Source: Eledone cirrhosa (lineage: Eukaryota). Taken from it: a stretch of 64,000 bases of DNA. This document shows, piece after piece, positions 31,330-47,145 of this stretch. The position numbers and the translations under genes are program-made. Position 1 is the stretch's first letter. Every line of letters starts with the position of its first letter. The DNA is taken from NCBI GenBank assembly GCA_964016885.1, contig OZ024750.1:22072001-22136000 (forward strand). The letters are read 5' to 3'. Under the pieces are notes generated by a model. It was given only the letters and a program-made list of their open reading frames with translations. It had not been told where the DNA came from and did no database searches.

Positions 31330-32080
31330 CGAAAGCTTCTGTAGTTGTAGCAATCTGATATTTTACTTGTCTTTGATCTGATATTTTACTTGTCTTATTG
31401 ATCTTTCCCAATACTTAAATACATCAACTTGTTGCAGTATCTTCCCGCTGCGTGAATTGTATTAGCTATTTTCATTCTGCTTTTACCAGTTATGATTATT
31501 TTAGTTCTTATTTTCATTCCATATCTTCTTGTAGTTATATCAAGACGTGTTGTTTCATATCAAAGTTCTATCTAATCAATATCATCAGTGAAACGAAGGT
31601 TACGTGCTTCTCTATTTTTGTTACTTTAATACGTTAACATTTCATTAAAAAGGCTCAAAGGTTTCCATCATTGTATATTCCAGAAATATATTGAAAAGAC
31701 CTGGTATAAGAACACTCCTTTGTCTGACACTAACTTCTGTTTTAAACCAGGTTACTTGATAAATTTCCAACAACTGAAACCAGAATTTTTACATGTTCAC
31801 ATAATGAATGACTTTATATCTTTTACTGGTTGTATACTGGCGTTGTTTTTTTATTATAACAACCTATAGTTATCCACCATGCTATACACAGTAAAAACAA
31901 GCTTTTTTTAAAATCAATGAATAAGTGATTTAAACGTCTGAGTGGTGTTCAAAGTATTATTTTCTGCTAGAATATTAACGCCTCAGATCTGCTCAACATT
32001 GTTTTTCTCTTCTTGGAAACCAGCCTATATTTCACTATCACTTTTACTATTGGTTTCATTCCAGCAAAACCTTGCTTGGA
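31330..32080 (-). mobile_element. Decayed RTE-like reverse transcriptase fragment
   Basis: Minus strand pieces AGFQEEKNNVEQI, LFIDFKKA, VRQRSVLIPGLFNIFLE and RRYGMKI occur in the expected RT order, broken by stops and frameshifts. Confidence 0.75.
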
Positions 32081-32140
32081 TGATTAATTAAACTAATTGC
32101 ACCTTTGTTTTTCACGTTTTTCTGCTTCTCACCTTTAGCA

Positions 32141-32225
<85 letters not shown>

Positions 32226-32493
32226 CTCTCCCCCTCCCCCTCTCTCTGTGTTGGACCTCCGTCGGTTACAAAGATGAGTGTCCTGGGTTGTTTGAACACC
32301 GGGCGAGCCTGCTCATCAAATCAACGCGTAAGTGGCTGAGCATTTTAAAGGCACGGTATACCCTTAGTTTATCCCGGGTTCAACCGGGGGTAACCACAGC
32401 AAGTAAGGTACTCAATACAAAGCAGAGTATAAATATTTAATACAGAAAAGGCTTTTACAGGACTAGAACTGTTTCATTCGGAAGAAATCATCA

Positions 32494-32544
32494 GGCTTCC
32501 TGATGGTTTCTCCCGAATGAAACAGTTCTAGTCCTGTAGAAGCC
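32494..32544 (+). ncRNA. Hammerhead-like motif (mirror arm on minus strand has canonical CUGAUGA)
   Basis: Stem I ggcuuc/gaagcc, CUGAUGG, weak stem II, GAAA, stem III ACAG/CUGU, GUA triplet. Degenerate relatives at about 33420-33560 and 47970-48015. Confidence 0.62.
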
Positions 32545-33568
32545 TTTTCTATATTAAATATATATATATTGTTTGTGGCGGCGAAGCTGTGTCGTTAGGA
32601 CATTGGATAAAAAATACTTCCGTACAGCACTTTGAGCTCAATTCCTGTCACGGTCAACTTTGCCTTTCATCCTCTCGAGGATAGGGATAAGCTCTACCAG
32701 GTGTAAAATACCCAAGATATTCCGTGTATTATGACGGCGCCCCTACGTCTCCATCAAGAGTTAAAGGACCTTTGCCCTTTTACTTGCTACTTTCAATTTG
32801 ACTACGTTTGCTCAAAGTTAAACTGGAATAATAATTTAACTATAACTACATTCTATAAAACGCAGACGACAAAAAGAATATCACCTCAGAAGATTAGTCC
32901 TAGTTCATCCTCAAACTAAAAAATATAATCCCTCTTTAAATTGTTTAGAAGATAATAGGATGATATTAATATGACGGCTTAAAGATTAAGTGAATCACGT
33001 TTCTGAAAGTATTTTGTTCAAAATGATCTCAGTTTGATCTGTGCTATAAAAATGATTTAATACTGTGTAAACTTAGATAACATAGAAATTAGCAAATGTC
33101 ATATATATATCGAGAGAGAGATAAGCAATCTTTCGACAGTGAATCATATAGACTGAAGCCTTTGCATTGCAGTAAAGTCAGTAATCTTCGTGTTTTACAT
33201 TACAGAAAACATCCGGGAATTTCCGTGAGTGAAAATGACAATTTTAGGAAAAATTGTCGTAATCTACTTCTTGAAAAATACATCTTTACAAAATATACAT
33301 CGTTATGAAGAAACAATGTCAGGCAGAAGCACTAAACTGTAGTTATGCACTCACACACACACGCATGCATATATGTATGTATATATATACATTAGTAGAG
33401 TGTAAACATCAAGTTTAATACAGAAATGGCTTCTACGGAACTTGAACTGTTTCATTCAGAAAAGCCAGGTGTCATTGTGAAATAGTTTTACAATGACAGC
33501 TGGCTTTTCTGGTGATTTTTTTTTTTAATGAAAGTTCTAGTCCTCTAGAAGCCATTTCTATATTAAAC

Positions 33569-33644
<76 letters not shown>

Positions 33645-33727
33645 ATTATGTCGTTTTATGGGTATATTATGTATGTATATATATATATATATATATATGT
33701 ATCTATATATATATAAATACATACATA

Positions 33728-33765
<38 letters not shown>

Positions 33766-33788
33766 AATAATATACCCATAAAACGACA

Positions 33789-33842
<54 letters not shown>

Positions 33843-33877
33843 ATTATGTCGTTTTATAGGTATATTATTTATGTATT

Positions 33878-33920
<43 letters not shown>

Positions 33921-33975
33921 ATATAGTTAAAGAATGAAGAATAACATGGTAGGCTGTACAAAAAGGGTTTATTTA

Positions 33976-34088
33976 CAGTATTAACAGTTGTTTCATTAAT
34001 CAGGTTAGTCTAAAAGCCACTGAACGCTAGAAATTACGTCACTCGACCTTAATTACAGTGTTTGCCTGATCAAATCATCGGAATACTG
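33976..34088 (-). ncRNA. Hammerhead-like motif with CCGAUGA core variant
   Basis: Stem I caguauu/aauacug, CCGAUGA, stem II uugaucagg/ccugauuaa enclosing a long loop, GAAA, stem III ACA/UGU, GUU triplet. Confidence 0.62.
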
Positions 34089-34454
34089 GTATTTATAGAA
34101 TAAATTTATAGAATAACATAAATGAAAACAATAATAATAATTGTTTTTACTTTTGGCACAAGGCCAGCAATTACCCAGTGCATTACTGGTACTTTATTTT
34201 ATCGACCCCCGTAAGGATGAAAGGCAAAGTAAACCTCGGCGGGATTTGAACTCAGAATGGCAAGGGCCGTAACTCTATGCGTCAAAGCATGGCGTCCGAC
34301 CCTCTACCGATACTGCCAATCCACCGCAATAATAATAATATATATATATATATAATCACTCTTATATTACACTCTGTCTAGCTCTACACCTCGCCACTGG
34401 TGCTCACCTGGGTGAACCTACAGTAACATCACGTTACACTCCCTGGATATATAC

Positions 34455-34587
<133 letters not shown>

Positions 34588-34624
34588 ATATAAGATCAAA
34601 AGATGGTTAAAGGAGTTCCATATA

Positions 34625-34691
34625 TTTTATTATGCGCATTTCAAAAACAAATATCATCATGCAATAATATTTGTGTTTTCATCAGATAAAA
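34625..34691 (-). ncRNA. Type I hammerhead ribozyme motif (family D, single arm)
   Basis: Reverse complement gives uuuuau-CUGAUGA-...-GAAA-ugcgca-UA-auaaaa. Confidence 0.72.
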
Positions 34692-34750
34692 TAAGAGAAC
34701 ATGATATGAAGGCTAAAAAACACTTGTGGATAGTGCAGTTTTAAATCAAC

Positions 34751-34817
<67 letters not shown>

Positions 34818-35231
34818 AATATTGTACCGAAAAAACGACATTTCAGTGAAGTGTCCCCCACGTGACTTAGTTTCCTCATACCGTTCTTAATAGCACATAT
34901 TTTGTAGATATATGTTTTCGAAGGGGTAGATTACGGTTATGTTTTTGTGTCATTTTCAATGACAGAAATTTTCGGAAGTTATCTGTGATCATAAAACGAA
35001 GGTTTACTATAGAGTCGTACATAATCAATTTTATTCACTAGTGAATTATTTTGTTATAATATTATATAGTATATAATGGTTTCTGTTTTAGGCACAAGGC
35101 CAACAATTTTGGTGGAGGAGAAAGTCGATAATATGGACCCCAGTGCGTTACTGGTACTTTATTTTATCGACCCCGTAAGGATGAAAGGCAAAGTTAATCT
35201 CGACGGGATTTAAACTCAGAACGTAATATAT

Positions 35232-35400
35232 GAAGGCGCATGGCTTAGTGGTTAGAGCATTGGGCTTGCAATCGAAAGATTGTGAGTTCAATTCTCGGAC
35301 CGGGTGATGTGTTGTTTCCTTGAGCAAGACACCTTATTTCACGTTGCTCCAGTTTACTCAGCTGTAGAAATGAGTATCGGCCTGCCCGCCCAGCCAGTGG
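35232..35400 (+). mobile_element. tRNA-derived SINE family 2 (related copies near 2030-2330 (-), 11720-11970, 37650-37925, 41140-41420 (-), 45590-46050)
   Basis: ggcgcatggcttagtggttag A box, gagttcaattc B box, body ccttgagcaagacac...tttcacgttgctccagt. Confidence 0.75.
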
Positions 35401-35679
35401 GATGGCGTTATCTTATGGCTAAAACAGCACGACTTGCTGAGACCAGCGGCGCCGATTGGCGCCCGACAGACTGGTCGGTGGTCAAGGTGATATTATTTGT
35501 AGTACTCTATTTCGGTATTTCTCCAGAATTATTTGCACTCTTGATAATCTTCTACCATGTGGCTTCTGTACGTATTTGTGGATTGATATTGTACTGTGTA
35601 AATTGTGTAAGATGTATCCTATAAACTTTTAACGCATACACAGAGACACACACACATACAAACACACATATATATTATA

Positions 35680-35754
<75 letters not shown>

Positions 35755-35854
35755 TGAGAGGGAGAGAGAGAGAGAGGGAGAGAGAGAGAGAGGGAGAGAG
35801 GGGGAGTGTGTGTGTGTATGTCTATATATATATTTATATATAGGTATATATAGG

Positions 35855-35896
<42 letters not shown>

Positions 35897-35937
35897 TACA
35901 AACATATATATATATATATATATAAATACATACATAC

Positions 35938-35978
<41 letters not shown>

Positions 35979-36279
35979 TGTGTGTATAAATTTATATATA
36001 TGCAAGTATATACCAAGAAAAATATATGTATATATATATCTTCATATATGTATATACATATGTATGTATATATGTATGTATGCATGTAAGTATGTTTATA
36101 TAATGTATATAATGACACTAGGGAATTTTCAACTGCTGCGTTTCGCTTCACGTTTGACTGCTTTCTCCAGGAACAAATATTGGTTTAGGATACCTTATAA
36201 CTTCATTTGAAATGATTTGTTTCGGCAAATCAAATTTGTTTACATTGTGCTATATGGTATCTGTGTAAACCACATCTCA

Positions 36280-36316
<37 letters not shown>

Positions 36317-36372
36317 CATAAAGAGAGAGAGACATATATATATATATATATATACATACATAAAGAGGGAGA

Positions 36373-36418
<46 letters not shown>

Positions 36419-36457
36419 CATAAAGAGGGAGAGACATATATATATATATATACATAC

Positions 36458-36529
<72 letters not shown>

Positions 36530-37120
36530 GGACATTGTGAAGCATGTATTTACATCAGAGAGAACAACAGCTCATCTGTATATTTATATAATAGGACATT
36601 TGATGTGTGTATTTATTTACATGGAAGCAGTTTGATAATCTGAACATTGGCAGCCATGTTGGTCTTAGTTAATGTAGCTGTAAATATGTATAAACGTAAA
36701 CTTGATCGGTAACAGAAACTATAAAACCTCAAACTAAATATTTTCAGTATTAAATTTCTTTAACATTCCCACCAACACCGCTAGCATTATATTTATTTTA
36801 TTGTTCAGCCAGGAAGGGAAAGGCAATACCCATGACCCTTTTCAATGCCAGAGAGATTAGTGAGAAGTGAATAGGAAACCTAGTGTGATAGTTTACAACA
36901 AAATGGACTTCGCTAAATGTACATCGAATCTAATCTCCATTTTCTTTTCCTAAATAAAGATAAATAGCTTTAGGTAAGCGTGGCGGTGAACTGGTGGAAT
37001 CGCTAATAGAGTATTTATTCCACCTCTCTGGAATCTAAGTTCAAATGCTGCCGATGTCAACTTTTCCTTTCATCCTTTCGAAGTCCCGAACTGATTTCGA
37101 TTTTCTTCTGTATCGCTTTT

Positions 37121-37156
<36 letters not shown>

Positions 37157-37415
37157 AAGAAATCGTCCGACATAGAGAGGGATGGGCTCCACCAGGTTTA
37201 AAACAGCAAGGACACACTGTGTGTCAAGAGGTCGCCTTACAACTCAATAAAGGACTCACTGCTACTTGTTTGTTTTTGTTGTTGCTTGTAGCTTCAGTAT
37301 GTAGTTTCTAATAAAATATGACACTCAGGACTAAGATCTGTCGAAGTGCTTTTATCTTAAATGTCAAATATTTACACTCCTCACAAGAACCGAGAGAGAG
37401 AGATGTGTATAGACA

Positions 37416-37525
<110 letters not shown>

Positions 37526-38213
37526 CACGAAATCAACTGTGTTCTGCGGAGATGAAGATAAAGGTAGTATTCAAACCTATCCCGCTAAATATGTGATGTG
37601 TGTACTGTATAAAGATACCTGGCTCAGTGTTTGGGGATGTTCCGCTACCGAATGATGGTCATGACTTCGATTCCAGGCTACGCGTTATGTCCTTAAACAA
37701 GACACTTTATTTCACGTTTCTCCAGTCAACTCAGCTAGAAAAATAAACTAAATTCGTATACCTGTAACTCAAAGGACTAGCTTTGTACCACGATGAATCA
37801 CTCAGAGAACCACGTTAAAGACGCACGTCTTTATAGAATGCTCAGCCACTTGCTGCGTTAATTTCACGAGCAAGTTATTCCGTTGATCAAACAACAGAAA
37901 CATTCGTCGTCGAAACCGACGGAGGTCTAACAACTATAACAATATACGGTGTATGTGTGCTGTGTGTGTGTGTATTTACTGTGATGGCTGTGTGGGTGTT
38001 GTTGTTTGTGTGTTGTGTGTGTGTGTGTTTGTGTGTGTGTGTTTGTGTTTGTGTGTGCATGTGTGTATGTGTGCATGTGTGTGTGTATTTGTCTGTGTGT
38101 ATGTACTTGTGTGTGTACGTGTGTGTGTGTCTGTATGTGTGTGTGTGTGTTTATGTGTGTGTGTGTCTGTTTATGTGTGTGTATTTGTGTGTGTGTATAT
38201 GTGTGTATGTATG

Positions 38214-38296
<83 letters not shown>

Positions 38297-38325
38297 ATGT
38301 GTGTGTATATATGTGTGTATGTATG

Positions 38326-38386
<61 letters not shown>

Positions 38387-38457
38387 CGTTTCTGAATTTG
38401 TTGTGAAAGCAACTGGTGCGTGTGTTTCTTATTGGCAACATGACCCTCCCAAAGTAT

Positions 38458-38588
<131 letters not shown>

Positions 38589-38804
38589 TGTGCACGTGGA
38601 CGTGGCAATAGAGATGACTCTGAATCGAAATATATGCGATCCACAAAGTTCATTCATAAACAATGTTGCCAAACTCACACACAAGAGATGTAATTGAGTG
38701 AAATGGCTGAAGAGGAAAGGATGATATATGATTAGGATTAACTAAAAAAGTACACAAAGATAATCTTAAAACTATAAAAGCTCCTTTGGAAAGTTCTGTG
38801 TGTA

Positions 38805-39230
<426 letters not shown>

Positions 39231-39237
39231 TATATAT

Positions 39238-39580
39238 ATCTATCTATCTATCTAAGGCGGGTAAAATTCCCGAGATCCATGGACGAGTTCTCTCCAGCGG
39301 TCTCTGTCCCTCATTATCGCTGCCATGTCCTGCATCTCCAACAGACCAGTGTCTGTCCTTAGGGCATCAACATACGTTAACCTTGGTCTTCCTCTTCTAG
39401 TGTGTCCATGTAGGGGCTCCCAAAGGAGCACTGAGTGCAATGTCAACTCTGGATGTCGGTGAGCATGTCCAGCCAACCTCAGTCTCCTCTGTGTCACTTT
39501 TGAGCTGACTTTTGGGATGCTCCCATACAGCTCTGAGTTTTTCATCCTCAGTGTATACTGATTAATGTTCAGAGCCATCC
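39238..39580 (-). mobile_element. RTE-clade LINE 3' fragment
   Basis: RRLRLAGHAHRH...LLWEP.HG...RGRPRLTYVDAL..DTG...DRDRW, followed by a (TAGA)n tail. Confidence 0.88.
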
Positions 39581-39801
39581 TCTATATAATATATAAGAAC
39601 AAAAGATGGTTAAAAGAGTTCCATGTATTTTATTATGCGCATTTCAAAAACAAACATCATCATGCAATAATATTTGTGTTTTCATCAGATAAAACAGGAA
39701 GACATGATATGAAGGTTAAAAAACACTTGTGGATAGTGCAGTTTTAAATCAACATATCACTATCCACAAGTGTTTTTTAACCTTCATATCATGTCTTCCT
39801 G

Positions 39802-39868
39802 TTTTATCTGATGAAAACACAAATATTATTGCATGATGATGTTTGTTTTTGAAATGCGCATAATAAAA
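39802..39868 (+). ncRNA. Type I hammerhead ribozyme motif (family D; mirror copy on minus strand at 39628-39694)
   Basis: Same core and stems as 28430-28496. Confidence 0.75.
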
Positions 39869-40362
39869 TACATAGAACTCTTTTAACCATCTTTTGTTCT
39901 TATATATTATGTATACTCCAGTCCTACAAACTGTAGAGTGCTTCTTATCCGATATCTGCATTGCTTTATTGTACTACAATAAAACTCACCTCCTACATAT
40001 ATATATATATATCCTCTCTTCATTTCATCCTGTACACCACGAAGGCTATTTTTCTCTCTTCTCACATGGCCATCGTTCGTGTCAGGTCTTTTTTCTAAAG
40101 CGCTCATATATTCACCTAGCTTATGCTAAACAGAATAATTTTGAAGCTTGTTTCTTTCCCCTACGGTTAGCTATACTCTTTGTTGTTCTCCTGTCTCACT
40201 CGCTTTACGCGTTTCAATTGTCCTAATAACTTATTTTGGTTATTATTGCACCGACGTGAGGTATATGATTTTTAATGCAATGAAATATCTATGATCGTCG
40301 GCAAATCACTGATGAGGGACTCATTTTATTACATGTTATCCATGTGCTACCTGCAGTATTTT

Positions 40363-40395
<33 letters not shown>

Positions 40396-41583
40396 CGGGT
40401 TGTCAAGTATGAAATTTGTAGACATTTATAGAAAAAAAAACAAATCCCTACAAATTTCATACTTGACAATCCAATATTTCTGTTCCGTCCAATATGTCTT
40501 TATTGACTTCAGTATTAATCAACTCCAGACACTATATTATCATTAATTACACATATTTTGAGAACGCTGGATAGCAGGTTTTATTGTATTCGTTCCGACC
40601 CTCTCGGCGCTCTGAGTTCAAGTCCTGCTGTAGTCAATTCGATAAATAAACTACTCGGCTAATACTTGGGACAGTTCTTCCTCAATCTCTCTTTTTTTCA
40701 TTCCCTCTCTTCCACACTCTCTTATACTCTCTCACACTCTCTATATGTCTCTGGAAGAAATCAGCTGTGTTCAGACAGGGAGAGGGATGGGCTCCACCTG
40801 ATTTAAATGCTGAACATTCCAATCACTAAAATACACGCTATCATGACGGTGCCCCTATGACTGTATCAAGAAAAGTGACGCTTATTTTACATATTTCTTG
40901 CTCACATTCCAACGTCTCATACACCCGAGCCACGCGGGAGGTTTCTGCTCGACCTGCTTGAAACAACAGTACCTCACATCGCACTATATTATTTTTTGAA
41001 ACGAGAAAGGAACGTTACATGATGTAGCTCTAAAGACACATTCAGGCAGTGAAACCCAACGTGAGCTCTGCAAAGCTCGATCAGCCAGCACTTCAAATGA
41101 AGCAGCAGATATGAGCCACAAATATGATTGTTATTTCACTATCAGAATCGACGATGGGTGTCTCAGTTGATTCAATCAACGAAACAGCCTGCTCGTGGAA
41201 TTAACATACAAGTGATTGAGCATTCTACAAACACGTGTACCCTTAACGCGATTCTCAGGAAGATTCAACGTAACACAGTGTGTGAAAAGGCTGGTCCTTT
41301 GAATTACAGACACAATTCGTGGACTGGAACAACCAGAAAAGTGTCTTGATGAAGAACACAATGCAACAACCAGGAATCGAACCCATGACTTTACGATCGT
41401 GAGCCGAAAATCCGTCCCAACCTCTAAATCACATACCTTCACAATATGGTGATAGACTTAATCGATCACCCAGTTTAACACGACCGCCTGACCTTAACGG
41501 ACTACACTACTACTACTACTACTACTACTATTGCTACTGCTACTGCTGCTGCTGCTGCTGCTACTGCTACTACAACAACAACA

Positions 41584-41623
<40 letters not shown>

Positions 41624-41676
41624 TTGCTACTGCTACTGCTGCTGCTGCTACTGCTACTACAACAACAACAACAACA

Positions 41677-41713
<37 letters not shown>

Positions 41714-42132
41714 TTACTACTACTACACATGCATCTATTCGAACGTACCTCACAACATTATTATTTTCTTTGGTGATCTGTTTTCATAAATAATGTTTTG
41801 CCACTGAGCTAACTATCTTGATTATGTTATAAATATTTTAATGATCCACATAAAAGATAACTACAGATGCAACTGAGTATGTGATAACATCGATTCGATT
41901 CCTTCCTTTCAAACTTCCTTCCTTCCTTGCTTCATTTCATCCTTCCTTTATTTATTCATTCGTTCATTCATTCATTCATTCATTCATTCCACTATAATGC
42001 TCATTTGTTAGGTAGCCTGGATAATATCAATAGAAAGCTGGATAATACGCAGTACTGTTGTGCATTTGATCAAATATGCAACATGTTTCCGGAACCAACA
42101 TGTACGTACAAATATCAGCAAATGAATATATT

Positions 42133-42170
<38 letters not shown>

Positions 42171-42243
42171 CATAAATATATATACATATATCAATGTTTT
42201 CCTTGCCGATAATATATACATATATATATACATATATATATAT

Positions 42244-42308
<65 letters not shown>

Positions 42309-42340
42309 AATATATATATATAATATATATATAATATATA

Positions 42341-42384
<44 letters not shown>

Positions 42385-42681
42385 AACAAAGAAAGTCTGG
42401 TAAGAAACCAGGTGGACCATAACGCATCAGCGTACTCGATACTTAGGGTAGTAGGCTGGGTAATAGAAAAAGAGTCAGGACCCCGACGGCTGAGCTCCGG
42501 CCGTTTCGACAACTAGATCCGGACTAACCCAGCAGTATTGGTTGTTTGATTTGATACTTCTGCTTTTTTTTGTTTTGATTGCATGCCCATGCCCATATAC
42601 GGACTGTATTCCTTGATAAGTTCAGCTAGATTCCCGAGATGTTTATTCGTTGGTTGGTTGGCTGGTTGAATCACACGAAAA

Positions 42682-42771
<90 letters not shown>

Positions 42772-43039
42772 ACACACACATCTAGAGAGAGGGGGGGAGA
42801 TGCAGAAAGAGATAGATAGGTCGTTATACGGACAGAGATACAATTAAAGTGTTAGATATTCAGAGAGAGAGAAAGTAACGTCCCCTGAAAGTCTAGAAAC
42901 GGCTTAAACTATAGATCCTTTGATCTATAGGAAGGTTTAACAATATTGCGTTAACTTTTATAAAGTGGTTTTAGTTTTTGATTTTACAGAATAAAGAAAA
43001 ATTGATACTATTTGAAATTAATCTACCCTCCAGCTTTTA

Positions 43040-43363
43040 TCCATATACTACTTACAGACTGTACTAACGAAAAAACACTTCAGAAGCAATGTTATGCGGT
43101 ATATTGCTGTGTTTCAGATTACGTACTTTGGAGCTGAAAAAGATCATACTGACTATGGTTATTTCACAACTTTTAAAATCCAATGCCAATGCTACCATTT
43201 AATCGGCAGTTTACTCCACCAGCTTAATAAGGACGTTTTATGATTTTTTTTTTTTTTATGTATCTCTCACACACACATATTACAGTCTCACCTCATACCA
43301 GACAACACACCCAATACAGTCGTTTTCTCTGTTCTCCCGGGTGAAGCCGGGTACCTCAGCTAG
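43040..43363 (+). mobile_element. Internally deleted Helitron
   Basis: 43112-43219 reads FQITYFGAEK...GYFTTFKIQCQCYHLIGSLL (compare RepHel QMTSFGA...TFKIQGQ.YH.IGSLLP). 3' hairpin cccgg-gtgaag-ccggg at 43336-43351, then CTAG|T at 43360-43364. 5' boundary uncertain. Confidence 0.8.
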
Positions 43364-44288
43364 TATCCATCTAAAACTTGCCGGATACCAAACCGTCTGA
43401 AACCGCCATTGTTTCTATGATGTATGTATATATGATGGAGTGGTATGGACGCCGTATTGACATACGGCGTTTCTAGAGTTGTTGTTGTTTTTTTAAGCTG
43501 GTGAAGCCCATCTCCTTTCTATGTCTGAATATAGCAGATTTCTTTCAAGGAATGAAAGAGAGTTAGAGAATATAAGTGAGACAAAGATACAAAGGAAGAA
43601 TTGACCCTAGAACAAGACTGACACTCTTTTATCGACATTGAGTGGATGAAAGGCAAAGTTGACCTCACCGGAATTTTAACTCAGTGAGCAGATAGTCGAA
43701 ACAAATACCGCAAAGCATTCTATCCGACGTTCTAGCGATACTACCAATTTACCAAAACTGTTTAAAGTATTTAGATTTATTTCAAAACATTTGATCCAAA
43801 TTTTATGTAAGAACCTTTTGTTATGTTCCAAACGCCAAATAAACAATGAGAAAGTTAGTTATATATTCTAAATCCCTCCAAATTTTAATTATTTTCGAAA
43901 TTATTTGAAACACATGATCCGTGTTTTTATTTAGAAATATGGTTACGAAAGTGTTAAACGGCTAAAATAGCCGTTAATGTTTAAACGACAGGATATGTGC
44001 CAAAACCGCCAAGATCAAAATATGGCTATATCTGGAGGATTGGTGAAAAACATAGCTACATAGTTCATAAGCTACAAATAATCAGGATATCTGGACCAAT
44101 AAAAATCTGCAAGATCTTAAAATTTCAAGTGTGAATGGTTATGCAAAAGATGACGAAAAGAAAAACGATCCTCACTTTTAAAGCACTTATCTATTATTTA
44201 CAAACTTGCCACGTGGTTACGAAGCTGACCCCTTAAATACACAGTTATGCCTTCGCCTATATACTTTTTGGAGTGAGAACGTATGTGT

Positions 44289-44383
<95 letters not shown>

Positions 44384-44798
44384 AACAGACAGAGCATGTA
44401 TGTGTGAGAGAGCGAATCAAAGCATCTTAAAAAGCAAGCTGGCTGAAATACAGTAAGTATAGTGTGGGAAACGATTTCCTTAAATCCCATTCATGGGTGG
44501 TGGACTGGTGGGTTGGTGGGTTTATGGGTGGTGGGTTCAACAAGTAGTAACATGGTATATAGTGTATGTATGTATGACGTGGCTTCGCTGACGGATTGTC
44601 CTATATATAAAACGTCACAAGATTTCTTGTCACTTATACCCCCTTCCCCCTTCTTTATCACTTCATATTTTATCATACAAGTGTATATAGCTGACATTTT
44701 GGTTTACATTTCCATTTTCAAAATCCGCCATCTTTTTCATGAGCTGACAAATTAACACTATATATATATATATATATATACATATACTTATATATATG

Positions 44799-44888
<90 letters not shown>

Positions 44889-44893
44889 ATATA

Positions 44894-45050
<157 letters not shown>

Positions 45051-45215
45051 ACGAAGGAAATGTGGTAAGGAACCAGGTGGACCATAACGCACCAAAGTAC
45101 TCAATACTTGAGGTAGTAGAGTGGATAATAGGAACCAGTAAGACCCCGACAGCTGAGTATATATATATATATATATATACAAGGCGTAAACGGAATATAG
45201 TAGGAAGATACTGTT

Positions 45216-45243
45216 TACGTTTCGAACATAAGTCTTTCATCAG
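45216..45243 (-). ncRNA. Minimal Penelope-type hammerhead-like motif
   Basis: CUGAUGA-aagac-uuau-guuc-GAAACGUA; stem I is weak. Confidence 0.48.
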
Positions 45244-45419
45244 AAGATAAAATGAGAAATAAAAGATGAAATAGAATGATCGGGAGTAAGAAAGAAAGAA
45301 GCAGAAAAAAATGTTAGAGAAAAAGCTTATATATGTGTGTATATGTGCGTGTGTTGAACAATGAAAATAAAACAAAAGTCGGAGATAGGTGGTTGATTAA
45401 TTAGTTGATTGATTAGTTG

Positions 45420-45488
<69 letters not shown>

Positions 45489-47116
45489 GAGAGAGAGAGA
45501 GAGAAATGTGAATTACGTATATCTAAACATATAGGGCATGTTTAATATATAAACATTTTGAAAGCCCAGCTAAGAATATTGAAAGATTGACGGCCAGAGT
45601 TGAGAGTTCAATTCCCGGTAGCGGATTGTGTCCTTGAACCAAGGTGATTTAATTCACGTTGCTCCACTCCACTTAGTTGGAATAAATGAGATTTACCTGT
45701 AACTCAAATGGTCATCCTTGGTACATATTGTATCACGTTAAATTTCCCATTACGTTTATAAGGTGGATTGGCAGTATCGGTAGAGGGTTGGACGCCATGC
45801 TTTCCAGCATAGTTACGTCCCTTTACGGTCTGAGTTCAAATCCCGCCGAAGTTGACTTTGCCTTTCATCCTTACGAGGTTGATAAAATAAAGTACCAGTA
45901 ATGCACTGGGTAATTGCTGGCCTTGTGCCTAAAGTAGAAACAGTTAAATTTCCCATTACGTTGAAGATATACAGTCATTTGCACGTTAATTTCATCAGCA
46001 GGTTGTTCCGTTCTTCAAACAACTGGAACACTCGTCGTCGAAACTGACGCAGGTCCGGCGCGTCTTTCACTTCGTGAATTAATAGAGAAATGTAACGAAT
46101 TCATGTTCTTGTAGTGACTTTTATAACAAAGTTGGTTTTTGTTAATAAAACCCACACCACGCTTAAGCTTCATTAATCGATGTGTTCGTTTTCAATGCAG
46201 CTTAGCTTTACAATTTACAAGAAAACAATTTCTGGTTTATATATTCTACAATTTATCGATTCCTCGATTCTCTCTTCTGTTCAGGACTAGGAAATAGATA
46301 AATGGAAGAATTGATTCTGATAAAAGTACTAAAAGGATAAACTGTTTGTTTATCTCTCACTCACTAGTCTGATAAATATAGACCGTTTCATGGTATTTTC
46401 TTGATCAGCTCTAGTGATTTCAAGAGTTTTTGGTGGAGTTATAGTTTAATCAAATGAGAAAGGGCAGCCTTCCGTGATTTTTGCAAGACCTCCTACCACA
46501 AGTGTTGAAAACTAAAGAATTTATTGTAAGCTACTAATGACCTCCAAAGGATTTGAAAGTTATCAGCTGATTGCATCGTAACGATCGCCTCACCTCCTTT
46601 GTATAGCTGGGGAACGCATCCAGTTCTCTGTCTGGTGGCTACTCTGAAAGACATTGTATTATAGACAAGTTTGAAAGGGCTGAAGGCAGGCAAGCCGTCA
46701 TCAACTACTTCAAGTTCCACAAAGTGAAGTTGATGATGGTGATAAAGGTGAAGGTGAAGACAAAGAGAGAAGGCGAAAACGTCAATAAGTATACAAGAAT
46801 TGAATAGCTTTTTATTCTATTTTTATTACAATTTGATTCGTAAATACATACTCCAGCGGATCATTTATTACAATATCTGCGAGAGGCAGTATATAACTCA
46901 AAGAATCAATCCTGTTTTGTTCTCGATTGTCTGTGGAGTATGATTATATATATTTCTTCTGCGGGGAGGGAGAATTTCATTTTCTTGTATATTTTATATC
47001 AAAAATAGTAAAAATAGTTAGCAACATTACCATATCTCCTGCAGTGCTTAGTTTTTTATTTCATATTTATAATTATTTTTCCTCTAAAATTGGAGTGCAA
47101 AAATGTTCATGCTTCA

Positions 47117-47145
47117 CTGAAGAAGTCATAAGACTGAAACATGTC
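47117..47145 (+). ncRNA. Minimal hammerhead core
   Basis: CUGAAGA-aguc-auaa-gacu-GAAA-caug-UC: perfect stem II and palindromic stem III, but stem I does not pair. Confidence 0.5.

Noticed and set aside
35232-35305. tRNA gene
   Set aside because: Has A and B boxes but no clean cloverleaf and continues into a SINE body.
40308-40330. Isolated CTGATGA motifs (also near 1256 minus and 17903)
   Set aside because: No correctly placed GAAA/UH or pairing stems, so not counted as ribozymes.
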